Shown here one piece after another: positions 19,272 to 29,733 of a stretch of 64,000 nt of DNA. The notes under the pieces are model-generated. The model had not been told where the DNA came from and made no database searches. It saw only the letters and a program-made list of their open reading frames with translations. The stretch comes from an uncultured Gammaproteobacteria bacterium (GTDB lineage: Bacteria; Patescibacteriota; Patescibacteriia; Patescibacteriales; UBA12465). The stretch covers positions 8,577-72,576 of the forward strand of contig CAZFUP010000001.1 of the NCBI GenBank assembly GCA_964522055.1. The letters are read 5' to 3'. The position numbers were made by a program, and so were the translations under genes. The stretch's first letter is position 1. Each line of letters opens with the position of its first letter.

Positions 19272-19290
19272 AAAGTAAAAACTAGTTGAT

Positions 19291-19641
19291 ATGCGTCACA
19301 GAAATAAAAATAAAATTTTAGACAGAGCCAAGGGACCAAGAGAGTTAATGCTTCGTAATTTAGCATCTAGTATTTTGTTGTACGAAAAGGTAACAACAAC
19401 TAAAGCTAAAGCACAGGCAGTTAGACCTATGGTGGAAAAAATTATTACCTCAGCTAAGGCTGGTGATTTAGCCGCTCGTCGTGGTTTAATTAAGGTTCTA
19501 TTGCAAAAAAATTCAGTTAAAAAAGCCATTGAAGTTTTAGGAGTTCGTTATAAAGAACGACCAGGTGGTTACACTAGAACTACAAAGATAGGCGTAAGAG
19601 CCGGTGATGGAGCAGAGATGGTTCAAATCGAATTAGTATAA
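19291..19641 (+). CDS. rplQ: 50S ribosomal protein L17
   Basis: MRHRNKNKILDRAKGPRELMLRNLASSILLYEKVTTTKAKAQAVRPMVEKIIT. Confidence 0.9.
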   Translation: MRHRNKNKILDRAKGPRELMLRNLASSILLYEKVTTTKAKAQAVRPMVEKIITSAKAGDLAARRGLIKVLLQKNSVKKAIEVLGVRYKERPGGYTRTTKIGVRAGDGAEMVQIELV

Positions 19642-19645
19642 TTAT

Positions 19646-20002
19646 ATGAAAAATATTGAAAGAAAATTACATCAATTAGACGCTACTGATTCAACTGTTG
19701 GTCGTTTGGCAACAAAAATAGCTACTATTTTAAGAGGAAAAAATAAGCCAGAATATCAACCTCATTTAGATTTGGGTGATATTGTTGAGGTTAAAAATAT
19801 TTCTAAAATGAAATTTAGTGGCAAAAAATTAGATCAAAAGCAATATCATCATTACTCTGGTTATTTAGGTGGTCTGAAGAGTAAAAAAATGTCAGTTGTT
19901 TTTGAAAATAATCCAGGTAATGTTCTGTATAGAGCTGTTTCTGAAATGCTACCCCCAACTAAATTGAGGAACGGCATGTTAAAAAGATTAATCATTAAAT
20001 AA
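19646..20002 (+). CDS. rplM: 50S ribosomal protein L13
   Basis: TVGRLATKIATILRGKNKPEYQPHLDLGDIVEV; conserved adjacency to rpsI. Confidence 0.9.
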   Translation: MKNIERKLHQLDATDSTVGRLATKIATILRGKNKPEYQPHLDLGDIVEVKNISKMKFSGKKLDQKQYHHYSGYLGGLKSKKMSVVFENNPGNVLYRAVSEMLPPTKLRNGMLKRLIIK

Positions 20003-20003
20003 T

Positions 20004-20501
20004 ATGGCTGTAAAAAAGACACAAGATCTTCAAGATAATGAAGTTGAGATTACTGAACTAGATAATCTTGAAGCAGAAAGAGAATGGGCTAAAAACGAAA
20101 CAGCTGAGTTTGTCGGCAAATACACTAAAGCAGTTGGGCGTCGCAAGAAAGCAGTTGCACAAGTTCGTTTATATGAAAACGGCAAGGGTGTTATCATGAT
20201 TAATGGCCAGAGAGCAACTGAATATTTTCCTGGAAGCAGTTTTGGTTTAATTATTCAGCCACTTAAAGTAACTGGTCATTTAAGAGATTTTAACTTTTCT
20301 ATCATTGTTTCTGGTGGCGGAAAGATGGGGCAGGTTGACGCGGTCAGATTAGGAATTTCTCGAGCTATTTTTGCCCTATTCCCAGAAACTAAAGAAGCTC
20401 TAAAAGCTAATGACTTTTTAACTCGTGATCCAAGACAAGTAGAAAGAAAGAAACCTGGTTTGAGAAAAGCCAGAAAAGCCCCACAATGGAGCAAGCGTTA
20501 A
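20004..20501 (+). CDS. rpsI: 30S ribosomal protein S9 with N-terminal extension
   Basis: GRRKKAVAQVRLYENGKG...RKKPGLRKARKAPQWSKR C-terminus diagnostic of S9. Confidence 0.9.
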   Translation: MAVKKTQDLQDNEVEITELDNLEAEREWAKNETAEFVGKYTKAVGRRKKAVAQVRLYENGKGVIMINGQRATEYFPGSSFGLIIQPLKVTGHLRDFNFSIIVSGGGKMGQVDAVRLGISRAIFALFPETKEALKANDFLTRDPRQVERKKPGLRKARKAPQWSKR

Positions 20502-20520
20502 AAATAGTAAATTATATAAT

Positions 20521-20554
20521 AAAAAACCCGCTTATTGGCGGGTTTTTTGTTTTT
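20521..20554 (+). terminator. Rho-independent terminator after rpsI
   Basis: AAAAAACCCGCttattgGCGGGTTTTTTGTTTTT: 7-bp GC-rich stem, 6-nt loop, U-tract. Confidence 0.8.
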
Positions 20555-20630
20555 AAATGTAACTATGTTTGATATAACTTCAAAAATACAATAAAATAAA
20601 GTTATAAAATATATAAACTTATTTTTATAT

Positions 20631-21743
20631 ATGGCCTTTACCGAAAAAGACATTTTGGAGATAGAAAAAGAAGTTTCTAATTTAGAAAAAGCTCTTGGAA
20701 TATCTGCTAAGATACATCTACTTGAAAAAAATAAGGGCCTGCAAGTTAAGCCTGGTTTTTGGGATAAGCAAGAAGAGGCGATAAGAATAAATCAAGAAAT
20801 AGAAGTATTGAATAAACAGATTAATTCTTTTTTAGAAATAAGGAAAGAATTAAAGGAAATAAAAGAGCTTTTTGATTTAGTAAAAGCAGACAAGGAGGAT
20901 GTTTGGCTTAAGGAATTTGAAGAAAAATTTTTGCATTTGCAAAATAAATTTCAAAAACTTGAATTTTTTTCCTTATTTTCTGGCGAACATGATAATAAAG
21001 GAGCCTTCCTTTCACTTCATGCTGGCACTGGTGGTGTAGACGCTCAGGATTGGACACAAATGCTTGAGCGTATGTATCTGCGCTTTGCGGAACGTCAAGG
21101 TTGGCATGCTGAAATTTTAGACAGAAATTATGGTAATGAAGCAGGGTTAAAAACGACCACTTTGCGTTTTACTGGCCCTTGGGTTTATGGGTATTTAAAA
21201 TCAGAAAATGGTGTTCATCGTTTGCTTAGAAATTCTCCTTTTAACGCTGATGGTTTAAGACAGACATCATTTGCTCTTGTTGAAGTTATTCCTGAACTTG
21301 AGGGGCAAGTTGATTTTGAAATAAAAGATGAAGATATAAGAATTGATGTTTTTCGTTCATCTGGACCAGGCGGGCAAAGTGTTAACACCACTGATTCCGC
21401 TGTCCGTTTAACTCATATTCCGACTGGCATTAGTATTAGTTGTCAATCTGAACGCTCACAACATCAAAATAAAGAAAACGCTTTTAAGATTTTAAGAAAT
21501 AAGTTGTATCAACTAGCTTTGCAAGAAAAAGAGGTAGAAGAAAAAAAATTAAAAGGAAAAACGGTAAAGGCAGAATGGGGTCGACAGATTCGTTCTTATT
21601 TCCTTTACGGTAATCGTTTGATAAAAGATCATAGAAGTAATCTAGAAACAGCTAATATAGATGCTGTTTTAGATGGGGATTTAGAATCATTTATGCAGGC
21701 TTATTTACGTTGGTTGGAAAAAGAGAAGATAAATAAAGAATAG
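20631..21743 (+). CDS. prfB: Peptide chain release factor 2 (single ORF, no programmed frameshift)
   Basis: GGQ motif [24 protein letters not shown] and RF2-specific SPF motif (NSPFNA). Confidence 0.85.
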   Translation: MAFTEKDILEIEKEVSNLEKALGISAKIHLLEKNKGLQVKPGFWDKQEEAIRINQEIEVLNKQINSFLEIRKELKEIKELFDLVKADKEDVWLKEFEEKFLHLQNKFQKLEFFSLFSGEHDNKGAFLSLHAGTGGVDAQDWTQMLERMYLRFAERQGWHAEILDRNYGNEAGLKTTTLRFTGPWVYGYLKSENGVHRLLRNSPFNADGLRQTSFALVEVIPELEGQVDFEIKDEDIRIDVFRSSGPGGQSVNTTDSAVRLTHIPTGISISCQSERSQHQNKENAFKILRNKLYQLALQEKEVEEKKLKGKTVKAEWGRQIRSYFLYGNRLIKDHRSNLETANIDAVLDGDLESFMQAYLRWLEKEKINKE

Positions 21744-21802
21744 TTTTTAGTTTAAAATAATTTTAACATTTTTATTATAAAATACCCTACTAAGGGTATT
21801 TT

Positions 21803-23200
21803 ATGAATCAAAAAAATAAGTTATCTAGGTTTTTTTCTAGAAAATCTAATATTTTTCTTTTACTGAATTTGCTTTTTATTGCAATTATTTTTTTGCTTAG
21901 TTTTAATCCAGAAGTTTTTCGTCCTAAGATTAAAAAAGATGATATTGCCTATTACAGTAACCAAAAATTAACTTTTTCTGCCTGGGTTTGCGAGGAGGCA
22001 GATGTTGATTATAAGAGTAGGCGCCTGACACTTTGTGTAGAAGGGAATATAAGTGGGAGAGTTTTGATAAAAACTGATTTATACCCCGTTTATGATTATG
22101 GGGACATTTTAAATGTTTCTGGTTTTTTACAATTACCAGGGAAAATAGAGGACTTTGATTATGGAGCTTATTTAGCTAGGCATAATATCTATGCAGTAAT
22201 GTATTTTGCTAAAGTTGAGCAAGAAGGGTATAGGGATTTAGCTTGGCCCGAAAAAATTTATAAATATTTGTTAGAAAAAAAGCAGACATTAGCTTTTATT
22301 ATCAATCGTTATTTGCCAGAGCCGGAAGCAGGTTTAGCTAATGCTATCCTTTTAGGTTATAGACGAACTGTTTTAGAAGAAGATATGGCAATTTTTTCTC
22401 GAGTTGGGCTTAGTCATTTGATTGCTATTTCCGGTTCTCATATAACAATTTTAAGTGCCATGATAGTTAATTTTTTTCTGTTTTTAGGTTTAACCCGCCA
22501 ACGTTCTTTAATTTTAGTTTTTTTGTTTTTATTTATTTATCCGCTTATTACCGGTGCTTCTGCTTCTGCTGTTCGTTCAGCTATTATGGGGGCCTTAGTT
22601 TTTTTAGCAATTTTTTTCAAAAGAGAAAGCTCTTTACTAAGAGCCTTGATTTTATCTGCTAGTTTAATGCTTCTTCTAAACCCTCAACTTTTGTTTTTTG
22701 ATATCGGCTTCCAACTTTCTTTTGCTGCTTTAATAGGGATAATTTTTCTTTATCCTATAGGCGAGGAAAAAGGCAAAAAACTTCTTTCTTATTTTAAATT
22801 AAAAGGGAAGACATATAGAATAATTAAACTTTTTTTAGATACTGTTAATTTAACACTTGTTTCGCAAATTGTTATTTTACCTATTGCTCTTGTGAATTTT
22901 AAGCAACTATCACTTATTGCACCTATTGCTAACATTTTAGCCCTCTGGACATTTCCTCCTTTACTAGCTTCTTTGCTGGTGGCTATATTTTTAAGTTTGA
23001 TTTTTCCCGTGCTAGCTGTTTATTTTTTCTTCCCGTCTTATCTGTTATTAAAATATCTTTTTTTAATTTCTAATTTTTTAGCTTTGCCATCATTAGCTGC
23101 TCTTGATATTAGTTTTTTTAATTGGTATCTGGGTGGTTTATATTATCTTTTTTTAATTATTTTTATTTGGCATTTTAGAAAAAGAAAAAACCGCTTTTGA
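21803..23200 (+). CDS. comEC: ComEC/Rec2-family DNA internalisation channel protein (competence domain; no beta-lactamase domain)
   Basis: Polytopic membrane protein with DUF4131-like N-terminus and competence-domain motif LSHLIAISGSHITIL. Confidence 0.75.
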   Translation: MNQKNKLSRFFSRKSNIFLLLNLLFIAIIFLLSFNPEVFRPKIKKDDIAYYSNQKLTFSAWVCEEADVDYKSRRLTLCVEGNISGRVLIKTDLYPVYDYGDILNVSGFLQLPGKIEDFDYGAYLARHNIYAVMYFAKVEQEGYRDLAWPEKIYKYLLEKKQTLAFIINRYLPEPEAGLANAILLGYRRTVLEEDMAIFSRVGLSHLIAISGSHITILSAMIVNFFLFLGLTRQRSLILVFLFLFIYPLITGASASAVRSAIMGALVFLAIFFKRESSLLRALILSASLMLLLNPQLLFFDIGFQLSFAALIGIIFLYPIGEEKGKKLLSYFKLKGKTYRIIKLFLDTVNLTLVSQIVILPIALVNFKQLSLIAPIANILALWTFPPLLASLLVAIFLSLIFPVLAVYFFFPSYLLLKYLFLISNFLALPSLAALDISFFNWYLGGLYYLFLIIFIWHFRKRKNRF

Positions 23201-23212
23201 GAGCGGTTTTTT
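23183..23212. terminator. Bidirectional intrinsic terminator between convergent comEC and rpmB
   Basis: AAAAAACCGCTTTTGAGAGCGGTTTTTTC: hairpin CCGCT/AGCGG flanked by A-tract on one side and T-tract on the other. Confidence 0.7.
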
Positions 23213-23213
23213 C

Positions 23214-23498
23214 TTATTTCTTTAAAGTTTTACTTTTTTTAACTGCGCTTTTAGCACCAGCTTTTTTTGTTTTAGGAGCTTTCTTTTCTCCTTCCTTTAG
23301 GGCTGGTTTTCTTTTTGCCTTTACTCTTTTTGGTTTGTCCATGGTTCTAAGACAAGAAGTACAAAGACGTAATTTTAATCCATCTACTACCTTGGTTTGC
23401 AAATTAATATTTTGTCTTTTTAAAGTCTTAATTTTAGAATGAGAGCGAGAAGCGCCTTTTGTCGCGCTGCGGCCACATAGATCGCATTTTTTTGCCAT
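23214..23498 (-). CDS. rpmB: 50S ribosomal protein L28 (zinc-ribbon type) with lysine/alanine-rich C-terminal tail
   Basis: MAKKCDLCGRSATKGASRSHSKIKTLKRQNINLQTKVV...CTSC matches L28; the C-terminal ~40 aa is a histone-H1-like K/A-rich tail (KPKRVKAKRKPALKEGEKKAPKTKKAGAKSAVKK). Confidence 0.8.
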   Translation of the reverse strand: MAKKCDLCGRSATKGASRSHSKIKTLKRQNINLQTKVVDGLKLRLCTSCLRTMDKPKRVKAKRKPALKEGEKKAPKTKKAGAKSAVKKSKTLKK

Positions 23499-23609
23499 AT
23501 TAATTCTGTGTTTAACTTAGTTTAGTAATTGTTTTTATATTAACAACCTTTTAAAAATTAATCAAGTTATGCTAAACTATAGTTAGACTTTATTTATTTA
23601 GACCTTATT

Positions 23610-24209
23610 ATGATTTATCTCTTTCAAATTATTGTTTTAGTTTTGTCAGCTGTTATGCATGAATATATGCATGGTTTTGTAGCTTATCGTTTAGGAGACA
23701 GAACAGCTAAAGATGCTGGTCGTTTAACTTTAAATCCCTTTAAGCATTTAGAGTGGTTTGGTTCTTTCTTTTTGCCTTTGGTAATGATTATTAGTAATAT
23801 GCCTTTTCTTTTTGCTTGGGCTAAACCAGTTCCTTATAATCCCTATAATTTAAAAGATAAAAAATATGGAGAGGCAAAAGTCGCTATTGCTGGATCTTTA
23901 GGTAATCTAATTATTGCTTTATTCTTTGGTTTGTTTATTAGGATGTTTCCTATGCTTAATATCACCTTTTTATCTCTTTTAAGCGTTATTGTTTATATTA
24001 ATTTAATATTAGCTGTATTTAACTTAGTGCCTATTCCGCCACTTGATGGTTCTAAAGTATTAGCTGCCTTTTTATCTCCACGTGCTCGGGAAAAATTTTT
24101 ATCTTTAGAGCGCTTTGGTTTAGTGCTAGTTATTTTGTTTGTAATGTTAGCTGGTTCAACTATTGTTCCAGTTGTTGGATTTTTATTTGATCTTATTGTT
24201 GGGAAATAG
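23610..24209 (+). CDS. Peptidase M50 family (site-2 protease-like) membrane metalloprotease
   Basis: HExxH motif AVMHEYMHGF within a TM helix and LDG motif NLVPIPPLDGSKV. Confidence 0.75.
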   Translation: MIYLFQIIVLVLSAVMHEYMHGFVAYRLGDRTAKDAGRLTLNPFKHLEWFGSFFLPLVMIISNMPFLFAWAKPVPYNPYNLKDKKYGEAKVAIAGSLGNLIIALFFGLFIRMFPMLNITFLSLLSVIVYINLILAVFNLVPIPPLDGSKVLAAFLSPRAREKFLSLERFGLVLVILFVMLAGSTIVPVVGFLFDLIVGK

Positions 24210-24265
24210 ATGGGGAAGGTTGATAAAAAGAGATTAGAGTTACTTAAATTAAAGTTGTTTATATC

Positions 24266-24294
24266 TTGACTTATATTTTGTATTTTGTTAAATT
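24266..24294 (+). promoter_or_regulatory. Candidate promoter of the str operon (rpsL-rpsG-fusA-tuf)
   Basis: TTGACT at 24266-24271, 17-nt spacer, TG-extended -10 TAAATT at 24289-24294, ~105 nt upstream of rpsL. Confidence 0.4.
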
Positions 24295-24401
24295 GTATTA
24301 GTACTAAAAAACATATATAAACCATCCTGAATTATCAGGATATTTTTAATATATCTATATTATATTCCCAGTTTTAATTGGGTAAAATTTATTAAGAAAC
24401 T

Positions 24402-24818
24402 ATGCCAACTACTAATCAGCTAGTCCGTCGTGGCCGTAAAAAAATTGCTAAAGGTAAAAATGCTATTGCTTTACACAGCAGTCTTGATTCTTTGCATCGC
24501 AAAAAAAGAGAAACTGCCAAAGGCGCTCCTTTTAAACAAGGTGTTTGTTTAAAGGTAACAACTACTACTCCTAAAAAACCAAACTCAGCTTTACGTAAGA
24601 TTGCTCGTGTTCGTCTGTCTAATGGAATGGAAGTTACTGCTTATATTCCAGGAATGGGACACAACTTGCAAGAACACTCTATTGTCTTAGTCAAGGGAGG
24701 AAAAACTAAGGATTTACCAGGTGTTCGCTATAAAGTTGTTCGTGGCGTATTTGACGCTTCTGGTGTTGAAGCTAGACGTCAGGGCCGCAGTTGCTATGGC
24801 GCTAAAAAACCAAAATAA
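24402..24818 (+). CDS. rpsL: 30S ribosomal protein S12
   Basis: [14 protein letters not shown]...[28 protein letters not shown]. Confidence 0.95.
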   Translation: MPTTNQLVRRGRKKIAKGKNAIALHSSLDSLHRKKRETAKGAPFKQGVCLKVTTTTPKKPNSALRKIARVRLSNGMEVTAYIPGMGHNLQEHSIVLVKGGKTKDLPGVRYKVVRGVFDASGVEARRQGRSCYGAKKPK

Positions 24819-24832
24819 TAACATAAAAAAAT

Positions 24833-25306
24833 ATGAGAGGAAAAGCAGCTCCTAAAAGGGCGATTGAAGGTGATTCAAAATATAACGACCAAAATATTGC
24901 CAAATTCATCAATTATGTGATGGAAAGAGGAAAAAAATCAACAGCTGAGACTATTGTCTACAAGGCTTTTGATATTTTAAAAGATAAAACAAAACAAGAT
25001 CCACGCCATATTTTTAATAAGGCGATTAAAAAAGTCTCTCCATTAGTTGAAGTTCGTGGTAAGAGAGTTGGTGGTGCTAATTACCAGGTTCCTTTTCAGG
25101 TCCGTGGTGAAAGACGTTATTTCTTGGGCTGTAACTGGATTATTAAGGCGGCTAATGATAGAAAAGGACGTTCAACTGCTGAAAAATTAGCCACAGAAAT
25201 ACTAGACGCTTCAAATGGAGAAGGTACAGCTGTGAAGAAGAGAGAGGCTGTCCATAAGATGGCTGAAGCTAATAAGGCTTTTGCTCATTTTTCTCGCGCT
25301 AGATAA
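24833..25306 (+). CDS. rpsG: 30S ribosomal protein S7
   Basis: S7 signature KKSTAETIVYKAFDIL...VEVRGKRVGGANYQVP. Confidence 0.95.
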   Translation: MRGKAAPKRAIEGDSKYNDQNIAKFINYVMERGKKSTAETIVYKAFDILKDKTKQDPRHIFNKAIKKVSPLVEVRGKRVGGANYQVPFQVRGERRYFLGCNWIIKAANDRKGRSTAEKLATEILDASNGEGTAVKKREAVHKMAEANKAFAHFSRAR

Positions 25307-25334
25307 TTTTAATTTTTTTATTATTTTATAATTT

Positions 25335-27413
25335 ATGTCTCGTGATTATACCTTAGAGCACATTCGTAATATTGGAATCATGGCTCACATTGATGCTGGT
25401 AAAACAACCTTTACCGAGCGCGTTCTTTTTTATACTGGTAAGAAACATAAGATAGGTGAAACCCATGAAGGTCAAGCTGATATGGATTGGATGGAACAAG
25501 AAAAAGAAAGAGGCATTACTATTACTTCAGCAGCAACAACTTGTTTTTGGAAGAATAATAAAATTAATATTATTGATACTCCTGGGCACGTTGACTTTAC
25601 CGTTGAAGTAGAACGTTCTTTACGTGTCTTAGATGGCGCTGTGGCTGTTTTTGATGGTCAAGCTGGCGTTGAGCCACAATCAGAAACTGTTTGGCGTCAA
25701 GCTGATAAATATCATGTCCCACGTCTTTGTTTTGTAAATAAAATGGATAAAATGGGGGCTGATTTTTACATGAGTTTAAAATCTATCCGTGATCGTTTAA
25801 GCGCTAAAGCAGTAGCTATTCAGCTTCCTATTGGAGCAGAGGATAATTTAAGTGGTGTAGTTGATATTTTAGAGAAAAAAGCTTACACATTTTCTGGTTT
25901 TAATGGAGTTGATATAAAAGAAGTGCCTATTCCAGAAGACATGAAAACAAAAGTTGACCAGTTTCATAATGAATTAATAGAAAGAGCAGTTGAGTGTGAT
26001 GAGGCGACTATGGAAAAATATTTAGCTGGTCAGGAAATAAATACAGAAGAATTAAAGAAGGCTATTCGCAAGGGGGTAATTAATAATGAGTTATATCCAG
26101 TAATGTGTGGCACTGCTTTGCAAAACATTGGTATTCAATTAGTACTAGATGCAGTTAGTGAATACCTACCATCCCCACTTGATTTACCAGAGATTGAAGC
26201 TCATGACGCAAGTGATGTTGAAAAGACTGTTTTAATTTCAGCTGACGATGACAAACCTTTTATTGGCTTAGCTTTTAAAATCGCTACTGATCCTTTTGTT
26301 GGAAAATTATGCTTTGTTCGTGTTTATCAAGGTGTTTTAACTTCTGGTTCATATATTTTTAATTCCTCTAAAGATTCAAAAGAAAGAGTTGGACGTTTAG
26401 TCCGTATGCACGCTAATCATCGTGAAGAGATAAAAGAAATTCGCGCTGGTGATATTGCTGCTGTTATTGGTTTGAAAAATACTACAACAGGTAACACTTT
26501 ATGTGATGAGAATAGTCAGACACTTCTTGAAGCTATTACTTTTCCTGAACCAGTTATTAAAATTGCTGTTGAACCTAAAACTAAGGCTGATCAGGAAAAA
26601 ATGGGCGTTGCCTTGCAACGTTTAGCTGAAGAAGATCCAACTTTTAGAGTTGAAACTGATGCAGAAACAAATCAAGTTCTTATCTCTGGTATGGGCGAAC
26701 TTCATTTAGATATTATTGTTGATCGTATGCGTCGTGAATTTGGCGTTGAGGCTAATGTTGGCAATCCTCAAGTTTCATATCGCGAAACAATTACTAAAGT
26801 TGCTGAAGCAGAACACAAATATGCTAAGCAATCCGGAGGACGTGGTCAATATGGACATTGTTCTTTGCGCATTGAGCCTTTAGAGGCTGGCAAGGGTTTG
26901 GAATTTGTTGATGAAGTTAAAGGCGGCGTTATCCCTAAAGAATATATTCCAGCGATTGAAAAAGGTTTTAGAGAAGCAGTATTAAGTGGTACGGTTGCTG
27001 GATATCCAATGGTAGATGTAAAGGCAGCTGTTTTCTATGGTTCCTATCATGAAGTTGACTCTTCTGAAATTGCCTTTAAATTAGCAGCTATCCATGCTTT
27101 TAGAGATGCTTGTCAAAAAGCCGGAGCAGTATTGTTAGAACCGATTATGAAAGTTGAAGTAACTACTCCTGAAGAATATATGGGAAATATTATTGGCGAT
27201 TTAAGTAGTAAAAGGGGACAGATTGAAGAAATGTCTGATAGGGCGAATGTAAAAGTAGTTCGCGCCAAAGTTCCGCTTGCAGAAATGTTTGGTTATTCTA
27301 CCGCCTTACGTTCTATGTCTCAGGGAAGAGCTAATTATGTTATGGAATTTGCTAATTATTCTGAAGTACCAAAGAATGTATTAGAGGAGATAAGGGCAAA
27401 GCAAGGAAAATAG
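25335..27413 (+). CDS. fusA: Elongation factor G
   Basis: G1 [10 protein letters not shown]3 DTPGHVDF, G4 NKMD; 692 aa with domains II-V. Confidence 0.95.
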   Translation: MSRDYTLEHIRNIGIMAHIDAGKTTFTERVLFYTGKKHKIGETHEGQADMDWMEQEKERGITITSAATTCFWKNNKINIIDTPGHVDFTVEVERSLRVLDGAVAVFDGQAGVEPQSETVWRQADKYHVPRLCFVNKMDKMGADFYMSLKSIRDRLSAKAVAIQLPIGAEDNLSGVVDILEKKAYTFSGFNGVDIKEVPIPEDMKTKVDQFHNELIERAVECDEATMEKYLAGQEINTEELKKAIRKGVINNELYPVMCGTALQNIGIQLVLDAVSEYLPSPLDLPEIEAHDASDVEKTVLISADDDKPFIGLAFKIATDPFVGKLCFVRVYQGVLTSGSYIFNSSKDSKERVGRLVRMHANHREEIKEIRAGDIAAVIGLKNTTTGNTLCDENSQTLLEAITFPEPVIKIAVEPKTKADQEKMGVALQRLAEEDPTFRVETDAETNQVLISGMGELHLDIIVDRMRREFGVEANVGNPQVSYRETITKVAEAEHKYAKQSGGRGQYGHCSLRIEPLEAGKGLEFVDEVKGGVIPKEYIPAIEKGFREAVLSGTVAGYPMVDVKAAVFYGSYHEVDSSEIAFKLAAIHAFRDACQKAGAVLLEPIMKVEVTTPEEYMGNIIGDLSSKRGQIEEMSDRANVKVVRAKVPLAEMFGYSTALRSMSQGRANYVMEFANYSEVPKNVLEEIRAKQGK

Positions 27414-27448
27414 TTGGTAAAATTTTATTCAATTAAGTTTTAAAATGT

Positions 27449-27829
27449 ATGTTTCCTGAACAATTGAAAAAAATTCTTAATTTAATAAAAAGAAACAGGG
27501 AAAGAGTTATTCTTTTTGATTCACAGAACCCGGACGACTCTTATGTTTTAATGGATTTAGATGCTTATTCAAAAATAAATCAATTTAAGAAAGATGTATC
27601 TGTGGAAGAAGAAAATGATTTAAAAGAAGATGAGAAAAAGCCTGTAAATAAAGTATTAAAAGAAGAAAAAGAAAATTTGACAGAAGAAGATTTAACTGAT
27701 AAAATAAATCGCGAAATATCTGCATGGAAAAACAATCAAGATGCGGATTCTTCAATTGTAGATGACAGGCCAAAAAAGGCTTGGAGTATTCCTTCGCAAG
27801 TTAAAAATAAAGCGCAGGAAGTTGAGTAA
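27449..27829 (+). CDS. Hypothetical acidic protein inserted between fusA and tuf
   Basis: 126-aa ORF, E/D/K-rich low complexity in the C-terminal half; no recognisable motif. Confidence 0.4.
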   Translation: MFPEQLKKILNLIKRNRERVILFDSQNPDDSYVLMDLDAYSKINQFKKDVSVEEENDLKEDEKKPVNKVLKEEKENLTEEDLTDKINREISAWKNNQDADSSIVDDRPKKAWSIPSQVKNKAQEVE

Positions 27830-27938
27830 TAATAGATAAATTTAATAATTTAATTAATTAATTAACTTAGTTTGGCTGGTTTCCCCAGGGAAAGAAACTT
27901 TGTCGCTTATTAAGCGGTGAAGGCCTTACAAAAAAAAC

Positions 27939-29129
27939 ATGGCTGCAGAAAAATTTGAAAGATCAAAACCCCATGTAAACGTTGGTACTATTGGCCACGT
28001 TGATCATGGAAAAACGACATTAACAGCGGCGATGCTGGCTGTTTTTAATGCTAAAGGCATGAATGCTTCCAAAAAGGATGTTGGTGAAATTGACGCCGCT
28101 CCGGAAGAAAAAGCTCGTGGTATTACCATTGCGACTACTCACGTTGAGTATGAATCTGAAAAGAGACACTATGCTCACGTTGATTGTCCTGGTCACGCCG
28201 ATTATGTTAAGAACATGATCACTGGTGCTGCTCAAATGGATGGTTCTATTTTAGTTGTGTCCGCTACTGACGGTCCTATGCCTCAGACCAGAGAACACAT
28301 CTTATTAGCTCGTCAAGTTGGCGTTCCTTATATCATTGTTTTCTTGAACAAATGCGATATGGTAGAAGACAAGGAATTAATTGACTTGGTTGAAGAAGAA
28401 GTTCGTGATTTATTAAAGAAATACGAATTTCCTGGAGACACCACTCCAATTATCCGTGGCTCTGCCTTAAAGGCTCTTGAGAATCCAGAAGGACCAGATG
28501 CTGAACCGCTTCTACAATTAATGGAAGCGCTTGATACTTATATTCCTGATCCAGCTCGTGATATTGACCATCCATACTTAATGCCTATTGAAGATATTTT
28601 TTCAATTGAAGGCCGCGGTACTGTTGTAACTGGTCGTATTGAAAGAGGTGTTGTTAATGTTGGCGACGAAGTTGAAATTGTTGGTTTAATGGATACTAAG
28701 AAAACAACAGTTACTGGAGTTGAAATGTTTAACAAATCTCTTGATCGCGGAGAAGCTGGCGATAATGCCGGAATTTTGCTTCGTGGAACAAAGAAGAATG
28801 AAGTTGAACGTGGACAGGTTTTATGTAAACCAGGTTCTATCACTCCTCATACTGAATTTTCTGCTGAAGTTTATGTTTTAACCAAAGAAGAAGGTGGTCG
28901 TCACAAGCCTTTCTTCAATGGTTATAAACCACAGTTTTATTTTAAGACCACTGATGTTACTGGTGATATTACATTACCAGCTGGAACAGAAATGGTTATG
29001 CCTGGCGACACAGTTAATTTGAATATCAAATTAATTGCTCCAATTGCTTTAGAAGATAAGCAAAAGTTTACCATCCGCGAAGGTGGAAGAACTGTTGGCG
29101 CTGGTGTTGTTACTAAGATTATCAAATAA
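27939..29129 (+). CDS. tuf: Elongation factor Tu
   Basis: [25 protein letters not shown] motifs; 396 aa. Confidence 0.97.
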   Translation: MAAEKFERSKPHVNVGTIGHVDHGKTTLTAAMLAVFNAKGMNASKKDVGEIDAAPEEKARGITIATTHVEYESEKRHYAHVDCPGHADYVKNMITGAAQMDGSILVVSATDGPMPQTREHILLARQVGVPYIIVFLNKCDMVEDKELIDLVEEEVRDLLKKYEFPGDTTPIIRGSALKALENPEGPDAEPLLQLMEALDTYIPDPARDIDHPYLMPIEDIFSIEGRGTVVTGRIERGVVNVGDEVEIVGLMDTKKTTVTGVEMFNKSLDRGEAGDNAGILLRGTKKNEVERGQVLCKPGSITPHTEFSAEVYVLTKEEGGRHKPFFNGYKPQFYFKTTDVTGDITLPAGTEMVMPGDTVNLNIKLIAPIALEDKQKFTIREGGRTVGAGVVTKIIK

Positions 29130-29196
29130 AATTGGCACTTTACCTCGTTCTTTCAAAGAAAGGACGAGGTTGTAGTGTTAATTTAATAATTTAATT

Positions 29197-29532
29197 ATGT
29201 CCGAAACTAAAAAAGAAGCGAGCGAATTTAAACAACGCATTAGAATTAAAATCAAGGCTTTTGATCATAAGATTATTGATCAGTCTACAAAAACTATCAT
29301 TGAAACAATAGAACGTTCCGATGCACAATTTTTTGGTCCAATTCCTTTGCCAACAGAGAAAAAGAAGTATACGGTCAACCGTTCAACCTTTGTTCATAAA
29401 GATGCCCGTGATCAATATGAAATGCGTATTCATAAACGCATGATTGATATTATTGACCCGACTGCTAAAACGATTGAAGATTTAACCAGTTTAAATTTAC
29501 CAGCAGGGGTTGACGTGGAAATTAAAATGTAG
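29197..29532 (+). CDS. rpsJ: 30S ribosomal protein S10
   Basis: [40 protein letters not shown]...[18 protein letters not shown]. Confidence 0.95.
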   Translation: MSETKKEASEFKQRIRIKIKAFDHKIIDQSTKTIIETIERSDAQFFGPIPLPTEKKKYTVNRSTFVHKDARDQYEMRIHKRMIDIIDPTAKTIEDLTSLNLPAGVDVEIKM

Positions 29533-29733
29533 TAGTATTACCAAGTAATATAATAATTTACTGAGGCTAGTTCGAATAACTCTTTTTAAGAAAGTGTTTG
29601 AACAGAAATTAGTAAAAATTTGGAGGTAAACCAGCTTAAAACTATAAAAGAAAAAAAGAATAGCTAATTGCGGTTATTTTTATAGTTTATTGCAGCTGGT
29701 TTCGGCCAGTTTTTTGTTTAAATATAGACAAAT

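Noticed and set aside
20631-21743. Looked for the programmed +1 frameshift typical of prfB and for signs of UGA recoding
   Set aside because: RF2 is encoded as one uninterrupted 370-aa frame containing SPF and GGQ. Every conserved long gene in the window reads through without internal stops under the standard code, so neither a frameshift site nor stop-codon reassignment is supported.
23197-23442. Plus-strand 81-aa ORF overlapping rpmB
   Set aside because: Antisense shadow of the L28 gene's lysine-rich tail; L28 on the minus strand has a strong family match.
27870-27938. Possible tRNA gene upstream of tuf (tRNAs commonly precede tuf)
   Set aside because: The segment has small hairpins but no acceptor stem/T-arm (no GTTCRANYC box) and cannot be folded into a cloverleaf.
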